Assembly: GCA_919902985.1 (NCBI GenBank)
Contig: CAKKSC010000022.1
Location: forward strand, 3,436 to 67,435
Direction of reading: 5' to 3'
Source of the DNA: Desulfuromonadales bacterium
GTDB taxonomy: Bacteria; Desulfobacterota; JAENJC01
DNA: 64,000 nucleotides
Made by a program: the position numbers and the translations under genes. This document shows positions 1 to 9,557 of the stretch, one piece after another (the first letter of the stretch is position 1; the number at the start of each line of letters is the position of its first letter). The notes below the pieces were generated by a model, which was not told the DNA's origin, did no database searches, and saw only the letters and a list, made by a program, of their open reading frames with translations.

Positions 1-432
1 TGCTGTTGAGTTTAACCCGCCAAACCATGTGCCTGGCGTTGCCGCACCCGCCAGATTGGACACAATCAAATCGGTCAGCGGGGTGACATTAACGGTGCCC
101 AAAGCTGAGGCAATGGAATGGTAAGAAGTGGTGTTGAGTGTGCCATTAATCGTGCCGCCGCTGACTTGCACTGCGCAGGGTGGTGTCTGTCCGGAGACAG
201 TGACTTGCCAGTCACCCGTGCTGCTCGTGGTGGTAGAGAGTGCGCTGCCTGCCGCACAACTGACGGTGATAGTGCCCCCAACTATCGGGGAGCCTACCGC
301 CGCAGTGCCACTCAGGGTGCTGGCAGCAGGGCTGCTGCTTCCACTGCCGCTACCGCATCCAGTCATGGCAAGCACCCCTGCAATGAGCAGCAAACACATG
401 GCTGCCAAAAAACTTTTTGATCGTTTGTTCAT
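1..432 (-). CDS. Ser/Thr/Gly-rich surface lipoprotein, 5' part (runs off window start; absent from ORF track)
   Basis: Manual translation from ATG at 432 with GGAGG RBS: MNKRSKSFLAAMCLLLIAGVLAMTG-CGSGSGSSSPAASTLSGTAAVGSPIVGG...NVTPLTDLIVSNL; lipobox; open to position 1. Confidence 0.85.
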   Translation of the reverse strand, partial: MNKRSKSFLAAMCLLLIAGVLAMTGCGSGSGSSSPAASTLSGTAAVGSPIVGGTITVSCAAGSALSTTTSSTGDWQVTVSGQTPPCAVQVSGGTINGTLNTTSYHSIASALGTVNVTPLTDLIVSNLAGAATPGTWFGGLNSTA

Positions 433-478
433 AATGCCTCCTTTTTAATGTTTGAACAAATCAGGGTATTTCAGTTCA

Positions 479-575
479 GTAGGTTGGGTTAGGCGTTTTC
501 CTGCCGTATCCCAACAAAAGTGGTGGGACTGGCTAAACCGTTGGGTTACGCGATGAAACTGCTAACCCAACCTAC
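479..575. repeat. REP doublet (REPIN/BIME-like) with GTAG ends
   Basis: GTAGGTTGGGTTAG (479-492) and its inverted copy CTAACCCAACCTAC (562-575); each half is itself a hairpin. Confidence 0.8.
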
Positions 576-589
576 GATTTGAAAAAGCG

Positions 590-645
590 TAAATCGGGAA
601 CGGGGTCATATTGTTTCGTTCTAAATTAGAACCCGTCCCTGATTT
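590..645. repeat. Short inverted-repeat element (GGGAC/GTCCC-ATTT family)
   Basis: TAAATCGGGAACGGG ... CCCGTCCCTGATTTA imperfect terminal inverted repeats. Confidence 0.6.
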
Positions 646-671
646 ACTTCGTTGCTCCCGATATAAGGAAA

Positions 672-698
672 GTCCCCCTCTCCGAAGATAAGGGGGAC
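672..698 (-). terminator. Probable intrinsic terminator of the 714-1838 gene
   Basis: GTCCCCCT/AGGGGGAC stem followed on the minus strand by TTTCCTT. Confidence 0.55.
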
Positions 699-713
699 GA
701 CCTGTCGGGCAGT

Positions 714-1838
714 CTATTTTGAGGACTCCATTGCCATTTCAAGGAAGTGACCAAAGGCATTTTTAGTAAGAGCCGTATACTGGACAGGGTCCACAACAAC
801 CCCGGTGCGAGTGATGCTTGCACTGCTGCCTCGTCCTCCACCCATGGCTGCCATCATCCCAACGGCCTGAGTGATACCTCCTGCCACCTTGTCGCCGGTT
901 GATGTCTCATCCTTGATCTCTTTAACAAAGTCTTTCTGAGCGATGATCGGGTATTTGAGAAGGAATTCGGGATTTTTCCCGTTAGTCATGCACTCCTGCT
1001 TCCCGGAAAAAGGCGCCTTCCAGCATTTCATTGACTCGTTCGCCACGAACATGACCTGGCCCCGTACTGCAAGCCGCACCTCTCCTTTTACCGATGCCGT
1101 ATCTCTTGAGGCATGCTTCTGCATCCCGTCGCTGCTCCCCTCAAGTCTGGCGAAATCAACCATGATATCGACGTGGGCTGCGTCAGCCTTCAGGGAATCG
1201 ATAAGACGTCCCTCGTGCATCAATGGAGAATTGCCTGATGCCTGTGAGAAGGCCATTGAAAGGGCTTTCCCGGTTCCTACATAAGCAGGATTAAAGACCT
1301 TCTGTCCTTTTGGAGCAAGCACCTTGTACTTTGCCTTGCTCCCTGGAGGTGTGAACTCAAATGGGCTGTCCTTACCGCCTTCGTGCATCTTCAGGAAGTG
1401 CTCATTAGATGCAAGTTCTGAAGCAGGGACAATAGCCCGCCCGGATGCCTTGATACCCTGTTCCGCCTGCAAACAGAGGTCCTCTGCAAGCTGCTGCAAC
1501 TGTTCATCGCTTATGCCGCGCAGGTAATAGAATGAGCTTACTTTAGCATCAACCCGCCCTTTGCTTTCACTGGACGGAGCAAAGGCTCCAACACCTGTCT
1601 CAGCGCTGGCACTGGTCATCTCACCGACAAGGACATTGCAGGATGTGATGGCGATCTTGTCAAGATTCTTATTGTTCTTGGTGTTACGTGCATCGATGAA
1701 CTGGACGGCCTGGGAGGCGGCTGACTGAGAAGGGTCGAATTTTGGGTCAGGCTTAGTCATCCCCCCACAGCCGCTGAGAATGCCTCCAATAATGATCGGA
1801 TATACTATCTTTACTGGTATTCTGGTTCTGATTTTCAT
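714..1838 (-). CDS. Hypothetical lipoprotein (374 aa)
   Basis: ATG at 1838 with AAGGAG RBS; signal peptide ending ILSG-C. Confidence 0.8.
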   Translation of the reverse strand: MKIRTRIPVKIVYPIIIGGILSGCGGMTKPDPKFDPSQSAASQAVQFIDARNTKNNKNLDKIAITSCNVLVGEMTSASAETGVGAFAPSSESKGRVDAKVSSFYYLRGISDEQLQQLAEDLCLQAEQGIKASGRAIVPASELASNEHFLKMHEGGKDSPFEFTPPGSKAKYKVLAPKGQKVFNPAYVGTGKALSMAFSQASGNSPLMHEGRLIDSLKADAAHVDIMVDFARLEGSSDGMQKHASRDTASVKGEVRLAVRGQVMFVANESMKCWKAPFSGKQECMTNGKNPEFLLKYPIIAQKDFVKEIKDETSTGDKVAGGITQAVGMMAAMGGGRGSSASITRTGVVVDPVQYTALTKNAFGHFLEMAMESSK

Positions 1839-2049
1839 GTTTTCTCCTTTTTGATTTTTATTGTCAGCCGGAAAGATGATTGTGAGCAAAACCCTTTCTT
1901 GTTATCATTGTTCCAACAGCCTTGGAATTTAGCTTTAGCGTACAAATCAGATGAGTCCAGTTCAATAGCCGGATAAATCATGATTTGTTGACGCGGCTAT
2001 TATCAAAGAGTTCGGGACACCTGTAAATAGCAGGAATTAACCTTTTTGC

Positions 2050-2067
2050 ATGACTAAAATTAGTCAT
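2050..2067. promoter_or_regulatory. Perfect 8-2-8 palindrome, candidate operator
   Basis: ATGACTAA-AA-TTAGTCAT between the divergent lipoprotein and NarL-type regulator genes. Confidence 0.5.
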
Positions 2068-2163
2068 TTATTTTAATGACGCATCGATGTATAAAGGAAA
2101 AGATAATCTATTTTCTGACAGTTATTTCTCTATCTGCAAAACAAAGGGGCTGGTGATTTAATC

Positions 2164-2841
2164 ATGATGCATGTCGTAATTGTTGAAGATGATCCCCTTG
2201 GAGGAAGCCTTTTAAGGGAATATGTTGATGGCGGAGAAGTTCGGGTCAACGCCCTTTATACGTCGGGAGAAGAGGCCGTGGAAGCGTTGGGGAAGCTGCC
2301 GCTGCCCGATGTCATCCTTATGGATGTGGGTCTTCCAGGCATGTCCGGGATTGAAACAACAGAGATCATAAAAAAGAAGTACCCTTCCATTGAAATCATT
2401 ATTCAGACTATTTTTGAAGATGCTGAGGTAATTACTGACGCCATTAAAGCCGGAGCGACAGGTTATCTCCTCAAGGCCTCCCCGAAGGAAGAAATTCTGA
2501 AAGCCATATGGGAGGTTAAGTCGGGCGGCTCATACTTATCCGGGAAGATTGCCAGGAAGGTATTGCAGCAATTCAACAGGTCTGAAACAACTTCCTCTCA
2601 GGAAGGCCTAAGGGAAGAGAGCGCCCACCGTTTTCAGCTCACACCCAGGGAAGAGTTAATCCTTGGGGAGCTGATCAGGGGAGCATCCTACAAGATGATT
2701 GCCGATGCACTATGCATCAGTGTTCATACGGTCAACAACCATGTCCGCAAGATTTACGAAAAGATGCACGTCAACTCACGGGGAGAGGCTGTTGCCCTGG
2801 CAACAGGATGGGATGAAGGGAGTTCTTCCATTCCCCGCTGA
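2164..2841 (+). CDS. NarL/LuxR-family response regulator
   Basis: REC domain (VEDD, DVILMD, GATGYLLK) plus LuxR HTH (LTPREE...ISVHTVNNHVRKIYEK). Confidence 0.95.
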   Translation: MMHVVIVEDDPLGGSLLREYVDGGEVRVNALYTSGEEAVEALGKLPLPDVILMDVGLPGMSGIETTEIIKKKYPSIEIIIQTIFEDAEVITDAIKAGATGYLLKASPKEEILKAIWEVKSGGSYLSGKIARKVLQQFNRSETTSSQEGLREESAHRFQLTPREELILGELIRGASYKMIADALCISVHTVNNHVRKIYEKMHVNSRGEAVALATGWDEGSSSIPR

Positions 2842-2862
2842 GAACGCCTCTCTTCTATGTCC

Positions 2863-4119
2863 TTAAAAGAACGAGGTAACCCGCAAATAATAGTCGCGCA
2901 CGTTGGGGAAATTCATTCCACTATAGGTGTCCTGTACCTCCAGCTTGACTATCAGTGGCATGGGGAGGTTCCCGCGCTGCCAGCGTTCAATACCACTCCA
3001 AGAAATAGAGGCACGCCACTGATCTGCACGGACGCTTGTGTTTTTCTCCAGGGATGCTGTATCCGTTCCCTGTCCTGATCCGTATCGGTCACTTCCCTTG
3101 TCGTAACGATGCCATGTGCCGGACAAACGCCAGTTGGCCAGACTTTTTCCCAGTTCAACGTCGTATTCAAAGTAATCACCCAGGTCGCGCGTCACCCTTT
3201 CTTTAGTTGCCGATGTGGCCAACAGCTCGCCCGGAGCCGGAACCCGGACAGTTCTATGGTCCTCCATCTGGACGTTATGTTCTACGAGAAGGCGGGCGTC
3301 AAAACCGGCACCCAGGCTGCGGAAGTACTCCACCCTTGCCCTCAGGTCGGTACTGCCGTCTCCAAGAGGGACATCGAGAAGGTTATCAGGGTCGTCCTCC
3401 CTGGCCAGACCAAAGCGGACGCCAAGGCCGAGGATTGCGCTGTCATGTTTGCCCTTATGAAATCGCCATAGAATCCCGACAGTAGGATCAGAGAAACCGG
3501 ACACGGTCGTTTCTTCGATCCTTTTATATCCATAGCCAAAGGCAGGGTCCGTCAGTATTTTCTGGAGGCCTTCTGTTCCCACTGGCTCTGTAGCCCCGGC
3601 GCCAACGGGAGCGAAAGGGAAGTTTGCGGCGCCTATCGGCACACCTGGATTAAACGCGGGATTGAAACCGATATTCCCGCCTGAGACTGAAAAATTTGCG
3701 GCTGCTCTGCTCCGCCCGAAGGGAAGTTGCAATCCGAGAGTCAGGTTATCAGTCAGACCATAACCGACGAGAAGTTCAGCAAAGAGATTTTCAACTTTTG
3801 AGTCAATAGACATATTGCCAAGGGACATGCCGGGGCCAAAAACCGTCAGAGAAGGAAAGATGCTGCTCCCCAGATCGAGCCCATCGTATTTTTTGTCGAG
3901 ATCAACAAGGTTGCCATCTTCATCATACCACTTATCATAACCATTGACGCGTACCTCAAGTCGCGCTGCCCATCGTCCCCTGGGAGCCATGACATCCAGC
4001 CCATGCGACGCGGACGATTGTAACTTTTCCTCAGCATAAGCAGTTGAAGATATTACCGTGGACATAAAAAAGCATGTAATCATCAAGCGTAGTGCTCTGC
4101 CATAAAAAGCAGTTTCCAT
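2863..4119 (-). CDS. Putative outer-membrane beta-barrel protein
   Basis: Signal peptide (AYA-EE), alternating amphipathic strands, C-terminal Phe (YYLRVTSFF). Confidence 0.65.
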   Translation of the reverse strand: METAFYGRALRLMITCFFMSTVISSTAYAEEKLQSSASHGLDVMAPRGRWAARLEVRVNGYDKWYDEDGNLVDLDKKYDGLDLGSSIFPSLTVFGPGMSLGNMSIDSKVENLFAELLVGYGLTDNLTLGLQLPFGRSRAAANFSVSGGNIGFNPAFNPGVPIGAANFPFAPVGAGATEPVGTEGLQKILTDPAFGYGYKRIEETTVSGFSDPTVGILWRFHKGKHDSAILGLGVRFGLAREDDPDNLLDVPLGDGSTDLRARVEYFRSLGAGFDARLLVEHNVQMEDHRTVRVPAPGELLATSATKERVTRDLGDYFEYDVELGKSLANWRLSGTWHRYDKGSDRYGSGQGTDTASLEKNTSVRADQWRASISWSGIERWQRGNLPMPLIVKLEVQDTYSGMNFPNVRDYYLRVTSFF

Positions 4120-4155
4120 AAAGTGATTCCTCCCGGGATTTTTCTTAAATTACCC

Positions 4156-6009
4156 CTACAGCAAAAGTTCCATTGTAATGCACGTTCCTTCACCCGGATT
4201 TGACCGGATATTCAGTCCTGCATTCATTTCCCTGCATCGTCGCTCCATATTTTTCAGGCCGTGGCCACCGCCTGTCCGCCGGGCTGAATCAAAACCCCGC
4301 CCATCATCCTTAATTTCAAAAGTTATCTTTTCTGCATCATCTCTGATGTTTACAGTAATTGTCTTTGCATCCCCATATTTGATAGTATTGGTCAACGCCT
4401 CCTGGAATATGCGAAGCAGGTTGAGACTGACAATATGGGGAACCATCCGCTCTTCATTGATCAGTCTCCTCGATACGCTGCACTCGAGACCGGCCATCAG
4501 GGCAACTTCTTTGGTCTTTTCTCCCAGGTGAAACGACAGCACTCCCATCGTTGCCATTTCACCTTCCATGGTGAGTATAAGATTTCTCAGCTCTGCCAGA
4601 CCTTCGTCCAGTACCCCTCTCAGTTGAGAAAGCCGCATTTCCGGTTCGGGCGCGCCTCTGAGGATAAGATCAACCAGCATGACGCCATTGGAAAAATTTC
4701 TGCCCAGGCCGTCATGAATTTCTCTGGAGATTCGCTCCCTTTCATCCGTCACAGCCTGTTTCGTTTCCATTTCCCGCATCTGCGCATGTGAGATCTCGAT
4801 CTCTGTTCTGGCTGCATTGACTCTATTTTCAAGCTCCTTGTTCAATGCCTCCGCTTCATCAAGGGCCGTAATAAAGCGCCGTATGAGATGCCAGGCCATG
4901 ATCATGAAGATAATCGGCGCTGAATAGTGATTAAGGTGAAAGTCGGTAAAGCCTGTAGATGAAATAAGCCGGGACTGTAAGATCCAGTCATGCACAGCAG
5001 TTAGAAGTACAATGGCGATGCCGAGGCCCATCACCCCCGACTCCCGGCTCCCCTCGACCTTCCAATGGCGAAGGAGTTGGAAGGCAGTATAAAAACCGAG
5101 AAGCATGGAGCCGCTATACCAGAAGACCGCCACACCGTTCATCTCGCCCAGTTCGGCAAAGGCCAGTGCAACCCCCCCTGAAACAGCAAAAAGGAGATAA
5201 ATCGATTCGAGTACTCTTCTTTTGCGCTTAAGAAAACGGTGCGAGAATATGGCAAGAAAAATGGTCCACCAGGTCAGGCTCCCATATGCTACCCAGTCCC
5301 AGGCCTTCGCCGATAGAGGGATGTCATGAATAAACAGGTTAAGGCTAAAAATAGACCACATCAGAACGGAAAGCGCAAACCACAGGTAGGAGGTATCGTT
5401 GCGTCTTCTGACCCAGAGAGCAAACATGAAGACGCCTACAGCAAGAGTCTCCGGGAAAAGCATGGCGCTGATATCGTTCTGAAACAGCTTTCTTAACTCG
5501 AATCGACGCTGAAGCAGCTTAATATCACCTAACTGGAGAGGTGATAGCTGGATATCATAAGGATAACCTTTAATGCGCACATCGATAATGTTCTCACCGG
5601 AACGCCACAGCGCCGGAGGAACGGTAAAAAGGAGCGGCCGGTTCCAGTTGCGCGCAACAGGCTCTTCAAATGAGCCGCCGTCGCCGATAAACTGCCCGTT
5701 AAGAAAAACTGCGGCATTCATACTGAGTTTTTGAAGATAGATCCCCCAGGTATTTGCTGGGCAGGCATCCAGTTGAAGATGAAGACGATACCAGCCGTTT
5801 TGCCCTTTTTTGTAAAGCCCCTTTTCCCAATGATGGGGGAGCGTCAGCGGACGCCATTGATCCGGTGGGAGGATAGGGGGAGTTGAAGCATTGGAAAGGA
5901 CAAATCCCGCCTCTGAAATATCACGGAGACCGCTGCTATCGGAAGTTTGGCCGCCAAAAGCCACAGATGGTGCAAGGAGTAGCAGGAAAAAAACGAGCAG
6001 TTTATTCAT
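4156..6009 (-). CDS. 7TM-DISM-type sensor histidine kinase (HisKA_3/NarX class)
   Basis: Periplasmic beta domain, about 7 TM helices, ERERISREIHDGLG H-box, QEALTN N-box, DDGRGF, GHGLKNM. Confidence 0.9.
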   Translation of the reverse strand: MNKLLVFFLLLLAPSVAFGGQTSDSSGLRDISEAGFVLSNASTPPILPPDQWRPLTLPHHWEKGLYKKGQNGWYRLHLQLDACPANTWGIYLQKLSMNAAVFLNGQFIGDGGSFEEPVARNWNRPLLFTVPPALWRSGENIIDVRIKGYPYDIQLSPLQLGDIKLLQRRFELRKLFQNDISAMLFPETLAVGVFMFALWVRRRNDTSYLWFALSVLMWSIFSLNLFIHDIPLSAKAWDWVAYGSLTWWTIFLAIFSHRFLKRKRRVLESIYLLFAVSGGVALAFAELGEMNGVAVFWYSGSMLLGFYTAFQLLRHWKVEGSRESGVMGLGIAIVLLTAVHDWILQSRLISSTGFTDFHLNHYSAPIIFMIMAWHLIRRFITALDEAEALNKELENRVNAARTEIEISHAQMREMETKQAVTDERERISREIHDGLGRNFSNGVMLVDLILRGAPEPEMRLSQLRGVLDEGLAELRNLILTMEGEMATMGVLSFHLGEKTKEVALMAGLECSVSRRLINEERMVPHIVSLNLLRIFQEALTNTIKYGDAKTITVNIRDDAEKITFEIKDDGRGFDSARRTGGGHGLKNMERRCREMNAGLNIRSNPGEGTCITMELLL

Positions 6010-6230
6010 AATATAATTTTCATAAAACCCTATTTAACTCTGTTTAAAGAATCTATAAACATACTGAAGTCATGTCAGTTGTCCCGAATACAGACGCAGT
6101 GCGCTTTTCGTGGATGAGAAGAATATCATAAGATAGGTAGCAACACAACGTAGAAAGAAACCTAAACTCATCGTTTTTAACCCTATTCTATGATAATCTA
6201 TGCGCATAAATCGATGATTGGGAGGCTACA

Positions 6231-7379
6231 GTGACAGAAGACAGGATCAGGGAAATCATACATGAAGCGGAGGAGTGTTATAACAGACTCGCTTCGACCA
6301 TAGTGGAGATACCCGATTACACACTCGACAGCCTACCAAAAGAAAAAAGTAACAGCTTTATAAATGGGGGACTTTATGAGTTCACAGCATACAGGAGGGA
6401 GTTTAAAGCACGGCTCATCTTCATCTGCCTTAAGGCCCCGGATGAGCAGGCCTATTTTCTGGAGAGGTTCAGGATTTACAGCATGGAAAGCCCTCAGGGG
6501 ATTGAAAGGGCAGATGACCCGGCGTATTTAAAAGGGACCGGGGAATCGGTTTATCTGAGGATACCGGCTGGTTCCACAATCCTTGATATCGGATGTGGGA
6601 CCGGTAAGTATCTTAAGGTTATGAATGGCAGAAATATTACTACTCTGGCCATGGATATATCAAAAGAGCTTATAGATGAGGACAGGAAGTCGCTGGATTT
6701 GAAGGGTGTCCGCTTCTTCCCAGGCGACTGTCTCGACCTGCGCTTTCTGAAAGAGAAGGAACTGGACTTTCTCACCGGGGTCAACATCCTGAATGTCCTC
6801 TATCCGGAGATGGTTGAGTCCTTGCTGGATCAGGGGGCAAGGGTGGCAAAAGGCGGTCTGTTTGCCTTTACACTCCCTGCCAGGGCAGATATTTGGACTG
6901 AGTACTCGCCGGATTTGGAGGACCATTCAGGAAGGGGGTTGAAAAGGGGCTCGGATGAGTATCTTGAGGTCGCCTCCAATCAGACCTTTCGTGGTCAGAT
7001 GAGGCTCTTCTCCCATGTCAGGAGACTGTGCTCTGAAAAAGGCTGGAAATGGAGGATATTCAGGTTTGTAGATAGCTCCATCCTGGACTCGTTTAAGTTT
7101 AACAAGACCCTGGATGTTAGATATCTGAAGGAAGGGGAGGATTCGCTCTTAAAGCTCCTTGAATTCCCTGTAAGGAGGGCAGGCCATTCGGAAGTCCCGC
7201 CAGAGGGTTCATTCCTCGTGTGCGCCATAGGTTACGGCTTGGAGGTGTACTTTGGAGGGGATGAGCTTCCGCCAGCTGAAGAGGTCAGTTATTTTAATGC
7301 CGATGCGCTGTTCGAGAGATTCGAGATCAGACAGGAGCAGAAAGAGTCCATAGCCCGCTGGAACCTGCCTTTTGTATAG
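6231..7379 (+). CDS. Class I SAM-dependent methyltransferase, substrate unknown
   Basis: ILDIGCGTG motif I, MDIS motif II; GTG start with GGAGG RBS. Confidence 0.75.
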   Translation: MTEDRIREIIHEAEECYNRLASTIVEIPDYTLDSLPKEKSNSFINGGLYEFTAYRREFKARLIFICLKAPDEQAYFLERFRIYSMESPQGIERADDPAYLKGTGESVYLRIPAGSTILDIGCGTGKYLKVMNGRNITTLAMDISKELIDEDRKSLDLKGVRFFPGDCLDLRFLKEKELDFLTGVNILNVLYPEMVESLLDQGARVAKGGLFAFTLPARADIWTEYSPDLEDHSGRGLKRGSDEYLEVASNQTFRGQMRLFSHVRRLCSEKGWKWRIFRFVDSSILDSFKFNKTLDVRYLKEGEDSLLKLLEFPVRRAGHSEVPPEGSFLVCAIGYGLEVYFGGDELPPAEEVSYFNADALFERFEIRQEQKESIARWNLPFV

Positions 7380-7432
7380 TAATGACTACGACTCCGACAA
7401 ATTTTTTGCTTTTCACAAATGAATAAACATAG

Positions 7433-7563
7433 GAGCCTCTTGCAAAAGTCCCCAAAATACCCTTCGACAAGCTCAGGGTGAACGGGGTTGGGTTGAAATT
7501 ATTGAACTTTATTCGTTCGTGGTGAGCCTGTCGAACCACAAAAGATAGTTTTGCAAGAGGCTT
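7433..7563. mobile_element. 131-bp MITE with 14-bp TIRs and 4-bp target duplication
   Basis: AGCCTCTTGCAAAA ... TTTTGCAAGAGGCT; ATAG at 7429-7432 and 7564-7567; internal CTTCGACAAGCTCAGG / TGAGCCTGTCGAA pair. Confidence 0.8.
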
Positions 7564-7568
7564 ATAGT

Positions 7569-8927
7569 TCAAAACATTACTTCCATGGCCTCCCGCACTG
7601 TCCCGACAGGTACGATCTCGATCCCGTCAATCCGTTGAGAAAGTTTGTTCCCTGAAGGAACGATGCACCTTGTAAATCCGAGCTTTGCGGCCTCCCCGAC
7701 CCTGAGTTCAGCCTGCGCGACTCCCCTGATCTCCCCGGTCAGCCCGATCTCGCCGATTATCACGGTCTTTGGGTCTATCGGCTTGTCGAGGAAGGATGAC
7801 GCGACTGCTGTTATTATGCCGAGGTCAACGGCAGGTTCGTCAATTTTAACTCCGCCTGCAACATTTACGAAGATGTCCTGACCTATCAGGTTCAGTCCAA
7901 CCTTCTTTTCAAGGACAGCGACAAGAAGGGAGACCCTGTTATGGTCAACCCCTATGGTTGTCCTGCGCGGGACTGCAAAATTAGTAGGCGACACAAGGGC
8001 CTGGAGCTCCACGAGGATAGGCCTCGTTCCCTCTAATGAGGTCACGACTGTGGAGCCGGATGCGTTTAACGGCCTCTCTGCCAGGAATATCTCGGATGGA
8101 TTGGATACCTCTTTAAGCCCGGAATCTGTCATCTCAAACACGCCTATCTCGTTTGTTGAGCCGTACCTGTTCTTTACGGCCCTGAGGATGCGATATGCGT
8201 GCCCCCTCTCCCCCTCGAAATATATGACAGTGTCAACCATATGCTCCAGGAGTCTCGGCCCCGCGATGGCCCCTTCCTTTGTGACATGCCCTATAAGGAA
8301 GGTTGATACACCTGTTCCCTTGGAGAGCTGCATGAGGCGACCAGCGCACTCCCTCACCTGGCTTATGCTGCCCGGGGCAGAGTCTATCTCGGTCGTAAAT
8401 ATGGTCTGGATCGAGTCTATAACAAGAAGTGCCGGCCTCAGCTTTTTGACCTCTTCCAGTATGGTCTCCAGTGATGTCTCTGCCGCCACAAAAAGGTCCT
8501 TTGCCTTAACTCCAAGCCTCTCGGCCCTCATCCTGGTCTGCCTCGCAGACTCCTCACCCGACACATAAAGCACAGGAAGGCCTTGGGATGCAACCATTTC
8601 CATGGCCTGAAGCAGAAGAGTCGATTTTCCTATGCCGGGGTCTCCCCCTATCAATATAAGGGAGCCCTTCGCAATCCCTCCGCCAAGGACCCTGTCGAAC
8701 TCCGCTATCCCGACCTGGACCCTGTGTTCATCCGTAACCTCTATGTCGCAGATAGGCACGGGAGGCTGGGGCTTTATAAGCTCCAGCCCCTTCTTAATTG
8801 AACGCTCCTTTTGAAACACCTCTTCAACAAAAGAGTTCCATGCGCCGCAGTCAGGACATCTTCCGAGCCACTTTGGCGCCTGGTATCCGCAGGACTGGCA
8901 TGAAAATACGGTGTTTGTCTTGGCCAT
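7569..8927 (-). CDS. radA: DNA repair protein RadA/Sms
   Basis: C4 zinc finger, GDPGIGKST Walker A, KNRYG motif, Lon-like C-terminus. Confidence 0.98.
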   Translation of the reverse strand: MAKTNTVFSCQSCGYQAPKWLGRCPDCGAWNSFVEEVFQKERSIKKGLELIKPQPPVPICDIEVTDEHRVQVGIAEFDRVLGGGIAKGSLILIGGDPGIGKSTLLLQAMEMVASQGLPVLYVSGEESARQTRMRAERLGVKAKDLFVAAETSLETILEEVKKLRPALLVIDSIQTIFTTEIDSAPGSISQVRECAGRLMQLSKGTGVSTFLIGHVTKEGAIAGPRLLEHMVDTVIYFEGERGHAYRILRAVKNRYGSTNEIGVFEMTDSGLKEVSNPSEIFLAERPLNASGSTVVTSLEGTRPILVELQALVSPTNFAVPRRTTIGVDHNRVSLLVAVLEKKVGLNLIGQDIFVNVAGGVKIDEPAVDLGIITAVASSFLDKPIDPKTVIIGEIGLTGEIRGVAQAELRVGEAAKLGFTRCIVPSGNKLSQRIDGIEIVPVGTVREAMEVMF

Positions 8928-9012
8928 TGTAAAAAACGCTCCAACTGTAAGTCACGGTATTATACCGAATGTTCAGATTGAGTCAATAACAAGGACGTTG
9001 AATACCATAAAC

Positions 9013-9041
9013 TTGACAGTCTTTCTTACAGGGAATAAGAT
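9013..9041 (+). promoter_or_regulatory. Sigma70-type promoter
   Basis: TTGACA-17 nt-TAAGAT upstream of 9069. Confidence 0.55.
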
Positions 9042-9068
9042 AAGAAAAAAATAAAAAGGAGGTTATCG

Positions 9069-9557
9069 ATGGGAAAAAATCATAGAATTATCCCGATGTC
9101 AATACTTGCTCTTATCGCTTGTGCAACACTATTGTCAGCTCAAATGAACGGTCCCGGGCACGAACATGACAAGAAGATGGGCAAAACGGAAAAGACAGAG
9201 CAACACAAAGGTCCTGGCATGGAGATGGACACGCCACGCTGGAAGCAGACGCTCACAGAAGAACAGAAGATGAAGGTCGATAAGATGCATCTGGAATTAA
9301 AAAAGGCCATGAACATACTTGAGTCAAAGATGAATCTGAAAGAGGTTGAGATGAATAACTTTGCTACACAAGATAATGCCGACACTAAAGCCCTTCATCG
9401 TGCTATAGACGAGATAATGGAGCTCAAAAAGGAGATGATGATAAAGAAATATGACCATATAATCGAAATGCGCTCCATACTTACACCTGAACAGCGTGTA
9501 TCCTTTGATCTTGGGCTCAGCAGCGGCATGGGCGGGATGCATCAGGGACATCATTAA
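9069..9557 (+). CDS. Spy/CpxP/ZraP-family periplasmic protein (His/Met-rich)
   Basis: Signal peptide; two LTxEQ motifs (LTEEQK, LTPEQR); His/Met-rich ends. Confidence 0.8.
   Translation: MGKNHRIIPMSILALIACATLLSAQMNGPGHEHDKKMGKTEKTEQHKGPGMEMDTPRWKQTLTEEQKMKVDKMHLELKKAMNILESKMNLKEVEMNNFATQDNADTKALHRAIDEIMELKKEMMIKKYDHIIEMRSILTPEQRVSFDLGLSSGMGGMHQGHH

Noticed and set aside
1850-2000. Possible c-di-GMP-I (GEMM) riboswitch in the lipoprotein leader (ACGCTAAAGC...ATGATAAC on the minus strand)
   Set aside because: No GAAA-tetraloop P2 stem or receptor could be found; only scattered similarity
2011-6088. 9-bp inverted match (TTCGGGACA / TGTCCCGAA) flanking the regulator-barrel-kinase block
   Set aside because: Too short to distinguish from chance, and no target duplication seen
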